DNA of 64,000 nt, from assembly GCA_020137815.1 (NCBI GenBank), contig CM035359.1:1426001-1490000 (forward strand), written 5' to 3'. The notes below the pieces were generated by a model, which was not told where the DNA came from, did not search any database, and saw only the letters and a program-made list of their open reading frames with translations. The position numbers were made by a program, and so were the translations under genes. Numbering within the stretch: position 1 is the stretch's first letter; each line of letters opens with the position of its first letter. Positions 1 to 21,627 of the stretch are shown piece after piece. The DNA comes from Hormiphora californensis. Lineage: Eukaryota > Animalia > Ctenophora.

Positions 1-481
1 TGAGGTTGACATGCTCATGCACAGAAGCAGAACAATGCAAGTTAGCATATTGGAAATTTAAAGAATGTGTTAGTAAAACACAAGGATTGTTTCTATCCTG
101 TTTGATAAATATTGATCCAGCAGGAATTCTCCCAACATAACAAAAATATCTCAGTGATGGGTGGGTCGATTTTGAGCGGCAAAAACGCAAAATGCTCAGA
201 AAGCTAATCTCTACCACCTACAACAAACTTGTCCAATTCTGATTCGGTCCACTCTCACTTTAAGTACTACCGATAGCAACATTAAAAGTTTCATAAAAAT
301 AAGTTGATCCTTGCCAACGAAGTTGACCTGTCTAGACACTTCTAGAACTGTCTAGACATGTCTGCTGCATTTTACAAAGTTTGCTTACTGAACCCCGGAC
401 CCCCCCCCCCCCCCGACTATAGTGTTTACCATAATCTACTAAGACGTCTCTTGATCCCCTTAGATCCCATTTTATCAGAAA

Positions 482-3400
482 ATGTCCCCCTACGTCTTTC
501 TACTTGCCCTGGTTTCGTGCACCTGTGCAGTTAAGCTGACAGAAGAAATGAAAGACAAGATCAAAGGATTTGTTGAAAGCGGTAAGAAATTGGGGAAACA
601 GAATTAGTAGGGTGAGCAGACTCGAATAGGTAATACAGTGTAAAACGAAGAACACGAAACTTGCAGTAAAAGTTACATATATTCTTACCAAGCTAGACTG
701 CAATAATAAGGGTTTGAACAAGACAAACCTATTCTTGTTTATTTGTTTGTTTGTTTGTTTGTCTGGACCTATTCTTGAATTCTCCCTACACAGGTTTCCC
801 GTGTATGAACACAGCCGGTTTTACCATGGGGGTGATAACATTGGAGGATCCGACTAATAACTTTACCTTCGTTACAGGTAAAAGGTAAGATGAGGACTAA
901 AATATAGTTAGCACCCGGGGGATATATGACCCACTGTCAGGGCATTGGCCTGACCCAAATTATCATTTCTTTCAAATAAGAGCGTGAGCAATTCTCAGAG
1001 CATTGTGGTCAATGGTCCAATGAGGCATGAAATATTCTTAAATCCTAGAAACAGAGAAGAAAACATAGACGTTGATGAGAGTACGTTGTTTGGCATTGGA
1101 TCTACGTCAAAAGCACTAACTACAATAGTTGCAAATAAGGTACCTAACAAGCCATAATTGCATCGCTCTTCTGAGTGCGGGCAAAAAGTGACCGGCCCCG
1201 CCAGACAGAACAGTTAGGAGTAAGTTAATCAATATCCAACTTCTATCATATTTAGGTATTAATAGAACGGGGAGTGACGTGGGATACGCCAATAAAAGAG
1301 TTTTATCCAGATCTCCTGTTCAAAGATCAACAGAGATCGGATGAGGTAACGATCTTAGTAGTAGCCTAAATATTGTCATTCTATAATAAATAGGAACCAC
1401 CCTCAACTCTCAAGTACCACTCAAAAATCTTCACATGCTCCTAAAGCTCACAGCCTATCACATTCTTTGCAGGTGACGTTTCGAGATCTCTTCGGGCACA
1501 GAACATGCCTAAACCGGGCAGATTCAATATGGACGTCGGGCACGGAAGGTTTTACACTCGACTTTCTTTTAGAGAAAATACAACATCTTGAGGAGGTAAA
1601 AATAAACTGTTTTAAATAAAAAGAAAAACATTAATCTGTTTTAAATAAAAAGAAAAACATACCATATTTATCTGTTTTAAATAAAAAAAGAAGTTGAAGT
1701 ACATACTAAGTAGAAGTCCCAATTGGGGAAATATTTCGCCTTCGTTATCACATTTGGCATTAGAGATCTAGGATATTGAATAACCACCATGATTCTCTCA
1801 GATGTGTCCGTTTCGGTCAAGGTTTGTTTATAACAATCTCATGTACGCAATTGGAGGTCGGATCGTCTCTTTACTTGCAGGTGAGCTAGTTTAACAAGAA
1901 TACAAATCACTACTACAATCTACTACAATCTACTACACTCACACCAACAAAATCAGTAAAAGCATTTTTCTTTCAAATAAAGTTCAAATGAGGGCTTGCC
2001 CAACCCCAGCTGTATTTCCCTTAACCGATCAGGGACCTGCCATCCAGCTGTCATGTCAGTACAATTCCTCCCCGCTCGAAAAGGGCCTGATAGAGTCCTG
2101 TAGAGTGTTGGCCAACTTCACGCGCCACGTACAGGGGATAGCACGAAGTGCCCAATGTAGCGTGTTTCAATCATCCTCCCCGGATCCATCGGCGAAAGAT
2201 CCGTCCCAGAATGCTTCCCAGGCTCTTTCTGAGGTTCTTCTGGGCAAACAACAGAATGAGGCAGACAATGGTGAAGTATACCGTGCCGACCAGGTGGGAC
2301 AATAACAGGGCAGCCAGATCGGATCCTAGAACTCTAAAAATCCAAGCCCTTGGTTTGGGATTGTGCTCCGGATGGAAATCGTACACCATTTCAAGGTCGT
2401 TGAGGAAGTACTGGAGTGAAAAGAAGGTCACGTCAGCAAGACACAGACCACCCACCAACTTGAGACAAATCCTGATGTTCTCCAATTGTAGAGATGATCT
2501 CTCTCCTCCGTGAGCCTGCTCGACATTGGCTCCATTGATCTCATCATGTTCCTGCTCGTCATGCTCGTCAGCTGCACTGGGATTGGTCTGGTGTGTGGGA
2601 CAGGTTGTCTCGGCATCCTGATCTTGTTGCTTGCAGTGCTGATAAAGAACGCAGAGGAATCCTGCCAGTGCCACGGAGACGATTACCATGAAGGTCCCAA
2701 AGATTTGGTTGAATATGTTGATCGCAAGTTCAACGTAGGTGTTCGTTGCCTGGTCTGAAAGTAAAACAAAATATGTTATAGACACGCGATGTATTCAGAC
2801 TGGTTAAAAGACATATTATACGAATTGCCATAAACTATTACGTTACAACTTACCTCCAAGGCAGTGAAAGACTTCATTTACAACTATAAACACTCCTCCG
2901 GCCAACCAGAGACCTCTAACGACACACTTTTCTCGGAACGGGTGTGGTTCCAGGAAAAACGAGGGCTTAACGATGGCGTAAACGCGGACAAAGTAGACGG
3001 CAAGGAAGAGCCCTTTACTGGTAATATTTTCGAATATAATGGGAGCAGTGTAGAAGAAATTCACATATTCTCCGAAGTTGTCCACAACTTTCTCATCTCC
3101 ACAACTCTCGAAGAATACAATAGGAAGGAAGGCAAGGGAGTATAAGATGTTGATGATCGCAATGTGGATATAGAGAACGGCACAGAACGGCAGGTTGTTC
3201 ACTCGTCTACACCGGGCGTAGATAGCCAGGATGAGAAGCAAGTGAAGAATGATGGAGATCAGAGAGAGAAATCCATCCAGGATAAGTGCTCCTTTCCCAA
3301 GAGCTGTTGTCATCTTCCGAGACGTACTGAGCTTCATTTCTTCTATCATCATGCGTCGAGAAAGAGTGATTCTTCTAGTTAACGGAGGATAGTAGGATAT

Positions 3401-6400
3401 AAAGCTTGTATGGCAGGGTGACAAGGAGGAAAAGCAGATTTGCGTTTTTTACTCAACTCCAAGGTTGACAAAAATGAAAAATACGGGGAATGGTACTCGG
3501 ACAGAAGTAGGAAAAAACAAAATTATATAGCATTGACGGTAGACTGCAGTTATCACACGTAAAAACATTGAGGTTACAAGTTTGTAAATCACACACTTAT
3601 TTAGAGAGTGCATCTAGAGTTCAACTAAGAGCTGTTTAAATACGTTTAAGTACGTTCATGAGCTGTACCGATAAAGGGGAATATGCCACACAGAGGAAAC
3701 GAACAAAAACATGTATGTTCACTCGAATCTTCTAGAATTTCTGATTGTCGACAACTTAAGTACTGCTTCAGGTTGTCATAATCATTGTCATAATCATTGT
3801 GTGCGGCGCGGCTTGTGTAGCTTCGTGGGCGTACACAAAGGGCTCCGATCCAAGAATACACCTAAATATTTGTTAAAATATGCACTTATCTTTCTGTTAA
3901 CTTGTTAGATTAGAGTTCCTTGTCAGATTATAAGCAAAATATGAGCTGTTGTTTTATCGCCCGACCGCTATCGCAGATTCCCATTGTTAGAAAATATTAT
4001 ACAGTCGGACCCCGATTTAACGGCCCCCGATTTAGCGGAAACCCCGATTTAACGGACAAAACCCTTTCCCCCGAGGGTGCCGTTAAATCGGGGTCCGACT
4101 GTAGTAATCTCAACGCAAAAAAGCTTTTGTGCTATCTCACCATGCATCGTTTCGATGGCACAGAACCCCTTTATTTCATATTTACTATATTTATTGTCAT
4201 TGGCGTGATAAAATATATAAAAGGACGGCTCCCGATCGCAGCAAATAGTTCAATACAGACCATGCTGAAGGGTGTTCTCCTGATCTCACTGATTCATCTT
4301 GGAGCATCCTCCCTCTACAGGATCAAAGCAGCTGACTCAGTTCCCATTGGCGGAAACGTGATTGAGTATGAGAAAAGGAAATGCATTGACGGGGTCGTTG
4401 GCCAGCTTAGGTATTGCACAGGACCGGCTGACAATTCAAATTGCACTTGGAATTTTGTAAATTTCACCGGAGCGATCCCATTTGGTGGCCATTTTATAGA
4501 ATGCCGAGGTATTTTTGATCTTATCCAGTTCATTGGAGAGACACCCGAACTTTTGCCTGGCCAACCAGAACCCCCCGAGGACATGGTTCTAAAATTATTT
4601 CAGTTTCTCCAGTCTCAATCTAGAATAGAGCTAACCTGTGTAGTGGGAGACAAAAGTCAAAAAGATGCGCAGTTTAAATGCACTGGACACAGCGCCTGCT
4701 TGACTGATGAGTGCCAGTGCGATGGAAAACCAGTGTTTTTTTGCCCAGGAAAGTTGGGCGGCTGCATTCCTTTCTCTCAAGTGTGTGATGGTGTAGCCAA
4801 CTGTGAGGGAGGCACAGATGAGTGTATGTGTAGCGGGGCGATTACAGTTCATTGTCTTCCCGATAAGTCATACACAGCATGCATTCTTGAGACAGAGCTT
4901 TGTTCTGATCAATACCTACCAGGAAAGCTATCTTCATTGTCCTGCGAGGGTTACTCTAGTGTCGACTGCCGCAAACTCAAGACAATTTCGAAAACTCTTC
5001 ACGGCATTCTAGACCGGGATGAACACAGGATCTTAGAGGCCGCGGGGGCATACGACATGCAGTCTTCAGGTTTTTTGGAAAATGCCAGATACGCTGAAGC
5101 TTGTGAAGAGGTTATACGACCGCAAATCCAAGGAATAAACACTTCTACAATTATTGATAACGCAGACTGGCTAATCGACCTTTGTTCGAGAATGAAGCTA
5201 GCTATGGCTGGGGTCAGCATTGAGTTAATATTTGTATGTGATCTCGGGTATCAGAGGACCGAGCATTTTCTCTGGAACTTAGGACAAGTTTGTGATGGTG
5301 TAATTGACTGCAGCAATGGTCACGATGAGCTGTATTGCCCGGAAAGGTTCTACTGTAGTGGCCATGATACGGACGAGCAGGTGACTTGGATTGACGAGGA
5401 GAGGGTCTGCGACGGAGTCAAGGACTGTGCCAACGGCATGGATGAGTGCGCTGGGTGCCCAACTGGGCCACTAACTTCTAGAGAGTTTCTCATACGATCG
5501 AACGTGTTGAGTTTCTTCGCCCTTACCGGTGGGTTGGCAATTGTCCTGCTAAACATCAAAATAGGGTACGAAACCATCCAAACGAATCCTGATAATAAGC
5601 CGGGTAAAATTGATAGAATTCTAAGGATACAGGTAGCATTTTATGACCTCTTGATGGGACTGTATCTTCTGGTACTGATACTTTTTGCGACGGGTCTTCG
5701 ATCTATTGATGATTATTGCCAAATGGATGAAAAATGGAGATCTAGCCTCAGTTGTACTACTCTTGGGTGCATTTTCTCCTTCTCCTCTCACGGATCCTTC
5801 CTCCTCATAACCACGATGAGCATGATCCGGTGCCTGACCTGTTTGGATTTGGTAAAGGATATCTCCATAAGGGCCATTTGGGCTATTTCTTTGCTACTCG
5901 GAGTTCTGAACCTTGTCTGTGCCATTGTTCCAGCGCTACCCTTGTCGACAATCCAAGAGGTTTTCCGGACGGATATCCTGTTACTAGCGGGCCAGGAGAA
6001 CCCCTTCATATCCCATTATGATGAGGAACATCTGAGAAAGATGCATTCCCTTGCTTACAACACATTCGAAGGGGAATATAGTGTAGGCTCAGCTGTAACT
6101 GGCGAAGATTCGCTGGGGATTGAAGCGATTTTAGCGGATCTTCGGAATTTAACATCAAAGCCATCAATCTTTGACTACCTGAGCATTGGTTACTATGGAA
6201 ACAGCCCTCTTTGTGTTGCTAACATCTTCAAAAACCAGTCAAGCTACCTCTACTACAAAATCGCATACTGCGTAATAGTTGGTGCGCTACTTAGTGCCCT
6301 GACTATCTCCTACGTTTCTATTCTCATTACAAGCTTCCTATCCTCACACAACAGCGGTTCAAACGAGTATGTGGGTAAACTCGCCCTGAAGCTCTCTCTA

Positions 6401-9400
6401 CTAATAGGAAGTCAGACGATTGCCTGGCTGTCCTACATCTTTACTGTTCTCTACTACAGCTGGATTAACGAAGCAGCCCCGCCTGGTGTTATCTACGAAG
6501 TGTTTAGTTTAGTGGTGCTGCCTAGCAACAGCCTTCTTAACCCCATATTCTACAGCACCATATACCGGAGTATCTGCGAGTGGGCGTTCAAGTTTTGGAA
6601 GGGACTTTTCACCAAGAAGACACAAGTCACTCCGGATCAGGAACAGGGTGTTGAGGCAGCGGATTAAGAATATCAAGAGACGGTAAATGTAGCTGCTAAT
6701 GTTTGAGTTAAGGAAACAAATAGACAATCTGACGATATGAGGTAATGGATAATTTATGGCCATTATCTTTTATTATTTGTTCAGCTACTGTTTCAGACAA
6801 TCTTACTATATTTAATTGAATACCGAGAGATGCTTGTTTATCGTTGTTTAGTTCAGATAAAGCTTGATCTTTATTATAATGATAGTGTAGTCTTTTAATT
6901 TCTAATTGTTCTTGACTTTGAGAACTATCTTTATAAAGACAGTTCTCAAGAAACAATATTTGTCACTAAAAGGTCTAGACTATCATTGTGACAAGTTGTA
7001 ATAAAATATTTATTTTGTTCAAATCCATTTTGTTTTATTTTATAAAGGAGCTCAGACTTGATGTGTGAGAGATGCATTCCTTTTTCGTCATAATTCGGAT
7101 AAGGCGATAACTCGTACGTCAAGAATGCTCCTCCATATTGATTGCTACCTTGGCGTTTGGTGACTGGGCTAAAGTTCGTTGAAATATCATGTTTAGATCA
7201 GTTGTAGGTTGTTAACTCGAACCATGCGCGGAATCAGCCCTCCATCCTATCGGGAGGTGCAACAGCACAAGGGAAGCCTAGCCCCCCCCCCCAATCCTAG
7301 CCACTACTCGGCACGCGAGCCAATCAGAGGCCTTTATTTCGAAATCTAGGCCTCTGATAGGCTCGCCACCAAAAAATGACCAAAAATGAAGGGGCTCAAG
7401 CCCAAGCCCCCCGACAAGACAGAAAATATAAAGTGTTAATTTCATTGTATATTACTATTCCTTTTATACCACCTACCAGGTAAATCGTGGTCTGAACTAG
7501 TGAGAGAGCACATTTTCGAGCCCCTTGACATGGACCAATCCCAGACAACATACGAGGAAAGTATGGCCCGGGGTAACATTCTAGTTGGGTATACAGAGTT
7601 TGAGGGGGAACTGGTGAGACGGAACAGTGACGTCAATGCAGACTTGTAAGTTGTTGTATAATGATGTCATGATGACCGGTCATCTCACGCAAATACAGAA
7701 TCGTATATCTGCCGGGCGTCACATTTAATTCTTATCATGACGTCATTTGGTGGCAAAAGGGACCTTCCTGTTGGTATAGGCCTATTAGGCATGCCCCAGC
7801 TATTCCGAATGGAATTCTCTACCTCCCAGCTTATTGTTTCAATTTCAGGTTGATAGATCTTGTACGGCCGGCAGGGAGTATTCACTCGACCTCGAATGAC
7901 ATGATTAAGTACCTACACTATCTTCTACAGGATCCTGATAACCAATTTGACAATTTGGTAAGTCGATATAATTTAGTTTGCGAAAAAAATTTAAATCTGC
8001 TTTCAATGGGTGTTCTTGTGCGAAAATGTTGAAAAATGACAATAGTACCTATTTGTCATTTTTCAACATTTTGTTTCCCTTTTTAGGAGGTGCTAGGTAT
8101 ACCTCTATTCTGATCTAATAATTGCAGTTTTGGGAGGACGGATTTCCGTTAAATATGTGGATGAGTGTGGTTAAATCGAGCATAAAAAACAAACTACCAA
8201 TCAATACCACTTCAAGCGACTACACTCTATGTAAGTTTACTACTGCCCATGGATATCTATTTTGCCTTACATTCCTGCGATCAGTCACCCACGCCTATCA
8301 CTCGTGCGTACTTGTCAGGGGGTCCTTCATGAAACTTTTTCCTTATTGGAATAAGAAAGATTTTCAACAAGGAATTTTTCTCAAATATTAATAATATATG
8401 TCCCGAAAGGGGTTTACGCCTATCATGGCAACCGAGCTCTTATCAAATTAATTCCCCGTTCAGCATGGATCATAAACCAGTACCAGGGAGAGGAGTTTCT
8501 GTTTCATGGTGGCGATACTTTCACAACCTCAACATTTATAACTATCAGTAGGGACCGAGGGTACGGGATCATTTGTAGTAGTACGGGCAGTTCACAAGGT
8601 TTGTTTGTTTGTTTGTTTGTTTGTTTGTTTGTTTGTTTGTTTGTGTGTTTGTTTGTTTGTTTGTTTGTTTGTTTGTTTGTTTGTTTGTTTGTTTGTTTGT
8701 TTGTTTGTTTGTTTGTTTGTTTGTTTGTTTTCTCTCTTTTTACCATGCTCAATCTCTCTCTATAGTCTCTCACCCTCTCTCTTTTTACAGCCCGTACAGC
8801 GAACCAACTCTACTCATGGTACGTCCAGGATTTGTTGGCCGGTCGGGAACCCTGGCTGAATGAGACGACCATCTGCACCTTCCCAGGTACGTGTATGAAT
8901 TCAGTTCCCCTGGTAACGTGCATGAATTATTCAGTTCCCTTGGTAACGTATGAATTCAGTTCCCCTAGTAACGTATGAATTTAGTTCCCCTGGTAACGTA
9001 TGAATTATTTAGTTCCCCTGGTAACGTATGAATTTAGTTCCCCTAGTAACGTATGAATTTAGTTCCCCTGGTAACGTATGAATTTAGTTCCCCTGGTAAC
9101 GTATGAATTCAGCTCCCCTTGTAACGTATAAATTCAGTTCCCCTAGTAACGTATGAATTCAGTTCCCCTGGTAACGTATGAATTCAGTTCCCCTGGTAAC
9201 GTATGAATTTAGTTCCCCTAGTAACGTACGAATTCAGTTCCCCTACTAGCCTAGTCTCGTGATTAACCACACGACTAACCACTAAAGCTATGCTACTAGT
9301 TATAGCCCCCCCCCCATGATCAACTGTTTAGTAGTTTTCTAGTGACCCTATGATACAGTTCTCGCTCGTTTCCCGAAATTTAACAACTTCCAGATGTCGG

Positions 9401-10705
9401 ACACATGATGCTTTTAGAAAAATCCACCTAGCTGGGGTAGTTATGAGATTTGAGTTTCCTCTTAAACCATGCTACTTTTTAACTACCTTTTGCCATTTAA
9501 CAATTCGCTCTAGACATGCGTGTGAAATATCAGCTGAATTAATTTAATAACTGTTCCAGGAACACAAAGACTGTTCCAGGAACACAAAGACTGTTCCAGG
9601 AACAGTTCCAGGAACACAAAGACTGTTCCAGGAACAGTTCCAGGAACAGTGTTCCTACATACAACTGTGTTCTAACATTTCCTTATCAACATTAACAAAC
9701 CCTACCCCATTATACTCAATCTACCCCTCTTTGACTTTATAATGCTGTTCTCTCCCATCCCCTTGTTGTTCACCACCCCTATTACAATGTTAATCATCCC
9801 CTTGGTAATTTATAGCTCACGGAGCAATAATAGGGGTGACTTCGTAACCAAATAATCCCCCCTTTTTTCAGAACCCTGGGTGAACAGCACACAGGTATAC
9901 GCCTCGGGCTATGATAGCTCCCCCTCATATAGCGCAGATAACTCCAGTGACCTGGCGGACTATGCTGCAACATACACCCACCCCTTCTTTGGCGATCTGA
10001 ACATAACTTATGACGGAGAAGAAGGGTTAACATACATTTATAATAGGTAACCATGGTAACAAGGATGGTTAACATACATTTATAGTTATAGGTAACCATG
10101 GTAACATGAATAAAATAATCTGGTACACCGGTTTATTTAATTAGTTAATCCACGCTATACCGCACTATAATTCATTCTCCCCTCAGGTTTAATTGTGTCC
10201 TACATAGACACAAGAGCTACGATAAAAAGTTTCAGTGCACTGGTTTTGCACCTCACGTCTCAACTGACCCAAAGTAAGATCAACAAACAGATCTCTGAAA
10301 GGGTCCTGTTGGTAGTCAGGAGTAGCCTTTGTGGCGGCGTCTAGCTGAGTACACTGTCAAAATGGTGTCTGGCGGCGCCAGACAGAGGAAAACTCATTTG
10401 TCTAAGACAGATAATCCTTGACTTTACTATGATAGATCTAAACTCAAAACTCTCCCCAACCTTGCGGGCACGCTAAAACGTGCAATGCCCTCTACAAGGG
10501 GTAAATTCGAGTAATACCAAAAACTCTCTCCAGGGTTGTCCGAGACTACAGAACAATAGAGATAGAGTTCACCAAGGACGGACTAAAAACGAACATCATG
10601 GAATACGGGGAAGAGTACACTTTTACACGCTCCAATGCCGCAAAATCAGTAACGATCACAGGACTGTTGGTGATAATGGTCACGTTATGGCATGTTATAG
10701 TATAG
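482..10705 (+). CDS. Beta-lactamase/penicillin-binding-protein family serine hydrolase; secreted, probably GPI-anchored, 14 exons, ~538 aa
   Basis: GT-AG exons in consistent phase: 482-581, 794-884, 1049-1139, 1256-1345, 1473-1595, 1802-1880, 7480-7645, 7849-7957, 8128-8230, 8464-8598, 8791-8886, 9872-10046, 10187-10273, 10534-10705. Translation gives a signal peptide (MSPYVFLLALVSCTCA), SxxK (TLFGIGSTSK), VTFRDLFGHRT, YxN (RFVYNNLMY), IFEPLDM, PAGSIHSTSNDM, HGG, YTHPFFG (DUF3471-like) and a hydrophobic C-terminal tail. Missed by the ORF track because it is spliced. Confidence 0.9.
2171..3352 (-). CDS. Divergent rhodopsin-like 7TM receptor (GPCR), 2 exons, ~360 aa, nested antisense in intron 6 of the beta-lactamase-like gene
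   Basis: ORFs 2843..3424 and 2171..2785 join through a phase-1 GT-AG intron at 2755-2853. About seven hydrophobic segments; TM3 ends FVRVYAIVKP (degenerate DRY-x-AI-x-P); long acidic third intracellular loop. Confidence 0.75.
4002..4101. mobile_element. 100-bp Tc1/mariner-type MITE (CAGTCGGACCCCGATTTA family)
   Basis: TIR cagtcggaccccgatttaacgg...ccgttaaatcggggtccgactg flanked by TA on both sides. Same family as 11973-12059 and 33539-40359. Confidence 0.85.
4262..6667 (+). CDS. Intronless LDLa-repeat GPCR (GRL101/RXFP-like 7TM domain), ~801 aa, nested in intron 6 of the beta-lactamase-like gene on the same strand
   Basis: Signal peptide MLKGVLLISLIHLGASS at ATG 4262. LDL-receptor class A repeats (VCDGVANCEGGTDE, VCDGVIDCSNGHDE, VCDGVKDCANGMDE). 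7TM with LGR-type motifs (DLLMGLYL, W.SS..C...G, V.P.NSLLNPIFY). The 3920 start in the ORF track reads through a MITE and is unlikely to be the real start. Confidence 0.9.
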   Translation: MLKGVLLISLIHLGASSLYRIKAADSVPIGGNVIEYEKRKCIDGVVGQLRYCTGPADNSNCTWNFVNFTGAIPFGGHFIECRGIFDLIQFIGETPELLPGQPEPPEDMVLKLFQFLQSQSRIELTCVVGDKSQKDAQFKCTGHSACLTDECQCDGKPVFFCPGKLGGCIPFSQVCDGVANCEGGTDECMCSGAITVHCLPDKSYTACILETELCSDQYLPGKLSSLSCEGYSSVDCRKLKTISKTLHGILDRDEHRILEAAGAYDMQSSGFLENARYAEACEEVIRPQIQGINTSTIIDNADWLIDLCSRMKLAMAGVSIELIFVCDLGYQRTEHFLWNLGQVCDGVIDCSNGHDELYCPERFYCSGHDTDEQVTWIDEERVCDGVKDCANGMDECAGCPTGPLTSREFLIRSNVLSFFALTGGLAIVLLNIKIGYETIQTNPDNKPGKIDRILRIQVAFYDLLMGLYLLVLILFATGLRSIDDYCQMDEKWRSSLSCTTLGCIFSFSSHGSFLLITTMSMIRCLTCLDLVKDISIRAIWAISLLLGVLNLVCAIVPALPLSTIQEVFRTDILLLAGQENPFISHYDEEHLRKMHSLAYNTFEGEYSVGSAVTGEDSLGIEAILADLRNLTSKPSIFDYLSIGYYGNSPLCVANIFKNQSSYLYYKIAYCVIVGALLSALTISYVSILITSFLSSHNSGSNEYVGKLALKLSLLIGSQTIAWLSYIFTVLYYSWINEAAPPGVIYEVFSLVVLPSNSLLNPIFYSTIYRSICEWAFKFWKGLFTKKTQVTPDQEQGVEAAD
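8598..8730. repeat. (TTTG)n microsatellite
   Basis: Direct reading; intronic. Confidence 0.95.
8895..9243. repeat. ~25-bp minisatellite (GTAACGTATGAATTCAGTTCCCCTG)n
   Basis: More than ten near-identical tandem units; intronic. Confidence 0.9.
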
Positions 10706-10914
10706 TTGGGAGCTTATAGTCTTACAAAAGTAAAAAACTTGTATTACCCCGTGGGACTGAGGGTAAGATAAGATGTGGAGAGAGAGTGAAGAGGGAAAAG
10801 AGAGAAGTGAGAGAGAGGAGAGAGAAAAGAAGAGAGAGAGAGGTAAGGGGGAGGAGAGAGAGAGAGAGAGAGAAGAGAGAGAGAGGGGAAGAGAGAGAGA
10901 GAGAGAGAGAAGAA

Positions 10915-11960
10915 AAGGGGGGGGGGGGGCCCCCCCCCCCCCCCCCGGGGGGGGGGCCCCCCCCCCCCGGGGGGGGGCCGGGGGGGGGGGAAAAAAAAAA
11001 AAGGGGGGGGGGGGGGGGGGGGTTTTTTTTTTTGGGGGGGGAAAAATAAAAACAAACAATCAAATCTATAATAGGACAATTTTAAAAATCTGACTTTTTA
11101 TAGTATCTATCGTTATTATTTTATTTTATGGTGTTTTGTTTTGATTCCAATTTTAATTTGTGAGTAATAGACCATAAAACCCCCCCCCCAATTATCTCCA
11201 GACAAGCGCAATTAATAAAGTGGAAGAGGGGTTAAGTAGGTTCATTTAAAGTATTTCCTTTTGAATTATGTCATTTATTTAAGTTTTAAACCCCTAAAAT
11301 CAAAACGACTAAAATCTAACCCAAAAATGTGCCACTTGCATTTTCAAAAATAAACCCCCTTTTTGTCTAAACCCTAAATAAAAGGGCCCCTCCTTTGGGG
11401 AAAATCTCTATAACATCCCCATCCGGTCAAAAAAAAAAACACCCGTCTGAATTGAGCGAAAAAAAAAAAGATTTTTAAAATCAACAGTGCTATTTTTTAA
11501 AATTGTGCGCCACTTTTCCCTCGTCCTCCTCGCGGGAAATTGACTGCGGCCCCCTCAAAATGCCTTTCATAAAGCAGATCCCCCGCGTTCCGTTCAGCGG
11601 CTCCCCGGCAGATCTTCTTAAGGCACCCCACGGGGGGTTTTTCGGAAGGGGAAAAATTGTGGTTCCACCCCCTAGACCCTGGGGGAAAACGCCAACGGAG
11701 AGGTTTTGTTTTTTTTGCGTGCTGTTCGTTTTTTTTTTTTTTAAACGCCCGAAAACTGTATGTGAGGGGAAAGAAAGAGGGCGGGTTTTAGGGGAGGTCG
11801 GGGGTTAGTGAAAAAAGGGGGAGGGGTCAGTTTTCTATTAGGTAGGGCCGCTAAAATTTGGGGAAAGTCTCTAATTCATTACCCCCCTCTCTCCCCCCCT
11901 TCCCCCGGCAAAATGCCTCCCCTCCCTTTGGGGGGGGAACCAAAAACTTTCATTTCTCAA
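10915..11960. other. Low-quality, homopolymer-smeared sequence
   Basis: Runs of G/C/A/T follow a GA tract; ORFs are G/P/K/F low-complexity. Confidence 0.85.
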
Positions 11961-11972
11961 CCCATAGAAATA

Positions 11973-12059
11973 CAATATTCGACCCCGATATACCGGGCAC
12001 CCCGATTTACCGGGCAAAACCCTTTCCCCTGAGCATCCCGCTAAATCGGGGTCCGACTG
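11973..12059. mobile_element. Tc1/mariner-type MITE copy (degraded left end)
   Basis: Right end ctaaatcggggtccgactg-TA matches the family at 4002-4101. Confidence 0.7.
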
Positions 12060-12463
12060 TAGAAGCAAATTAAGGTGATAAATAATGGTAAACTACTAAA
12101 TCAGCACACACACGTACCTGCAGGCAACAATATTTTATACATTATAACCACACATGCACTACGGCATACACTAAAAATATCAAGGATAACAGTGCTTCAA
12201 GTGATAACCAATAGATGATAACCACTAAATGATAACCACTAAATGATAACCACTAAATGATAACCTCTATCTGATAATCACTAGCTGATAATCACTAGCT
12301 GATCACTTCGAATCCGAGGGAAGATCTATAGTGGTGATATCATGACTAGAATACATCTCTCCTCTGCACTAAATTCTTCTCTAAAAGAACTGACGAGCCC
12401 TACAGTTTTACTCGAACAAACATTCTCAGTCCAAAACGATACACAGATCGATATCATATACAT

Positions 12464-21190
<8,727 letters not shown>

Positions 21191-21627
21191 TTCTTCCTGG
21201 GGTGATAATGGTTTAAAAAAGGGGGCTCTGAAGAACAAGACCAGAATAAGACCTTGAACAGGGTGATATATTGGTTCAAAAAGGGGCAGTAAACCAAGAC
21301 CAAGTAGATCCCTTCGAAACCTGCTACAATTCGTACAAGTGCAAAAACTAGTTAAATAGTGCTAAATCGGCGTTAAGAGTAACGCGACGTAACACTGATA
21401 CCTCTAACGCAAATAGTTCCACTGAACAGTCTACGCCTATAAAAACCTCGAAAAGGTTGTCAGGGTCCCTGACAATCCTGCCCGACGCAGGGAAGTGGAA
21501 TCTAGCCAACAGTGTTCACTTAGCATACATTACATCAATAATAATGATCATGTTTGTGCCACCAAAGATTTTTCTAGTGGCAAAGCCCATATTTTGTTTA
21601 GAAGTTAGAACGTCTTCTCTTCTGTGA

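Noticed and set aside
500-721. Minus-strand 73-aa ORF
   Set aside because: Antisense shadow of exon 1 and intron 1 of the beta-lactamase-like gene.
3920-4261. N-terminal extension of the 915-aa ORF
   Set aside because: Reads through a 100-bp MITE; the signal peptide starts at ATG 4262.
8895-9243. Possible CRISPR-like array
   Set aside because: Units are contiguous with no unique spacers; ordinary minisatellite in a eukaryotic intron.
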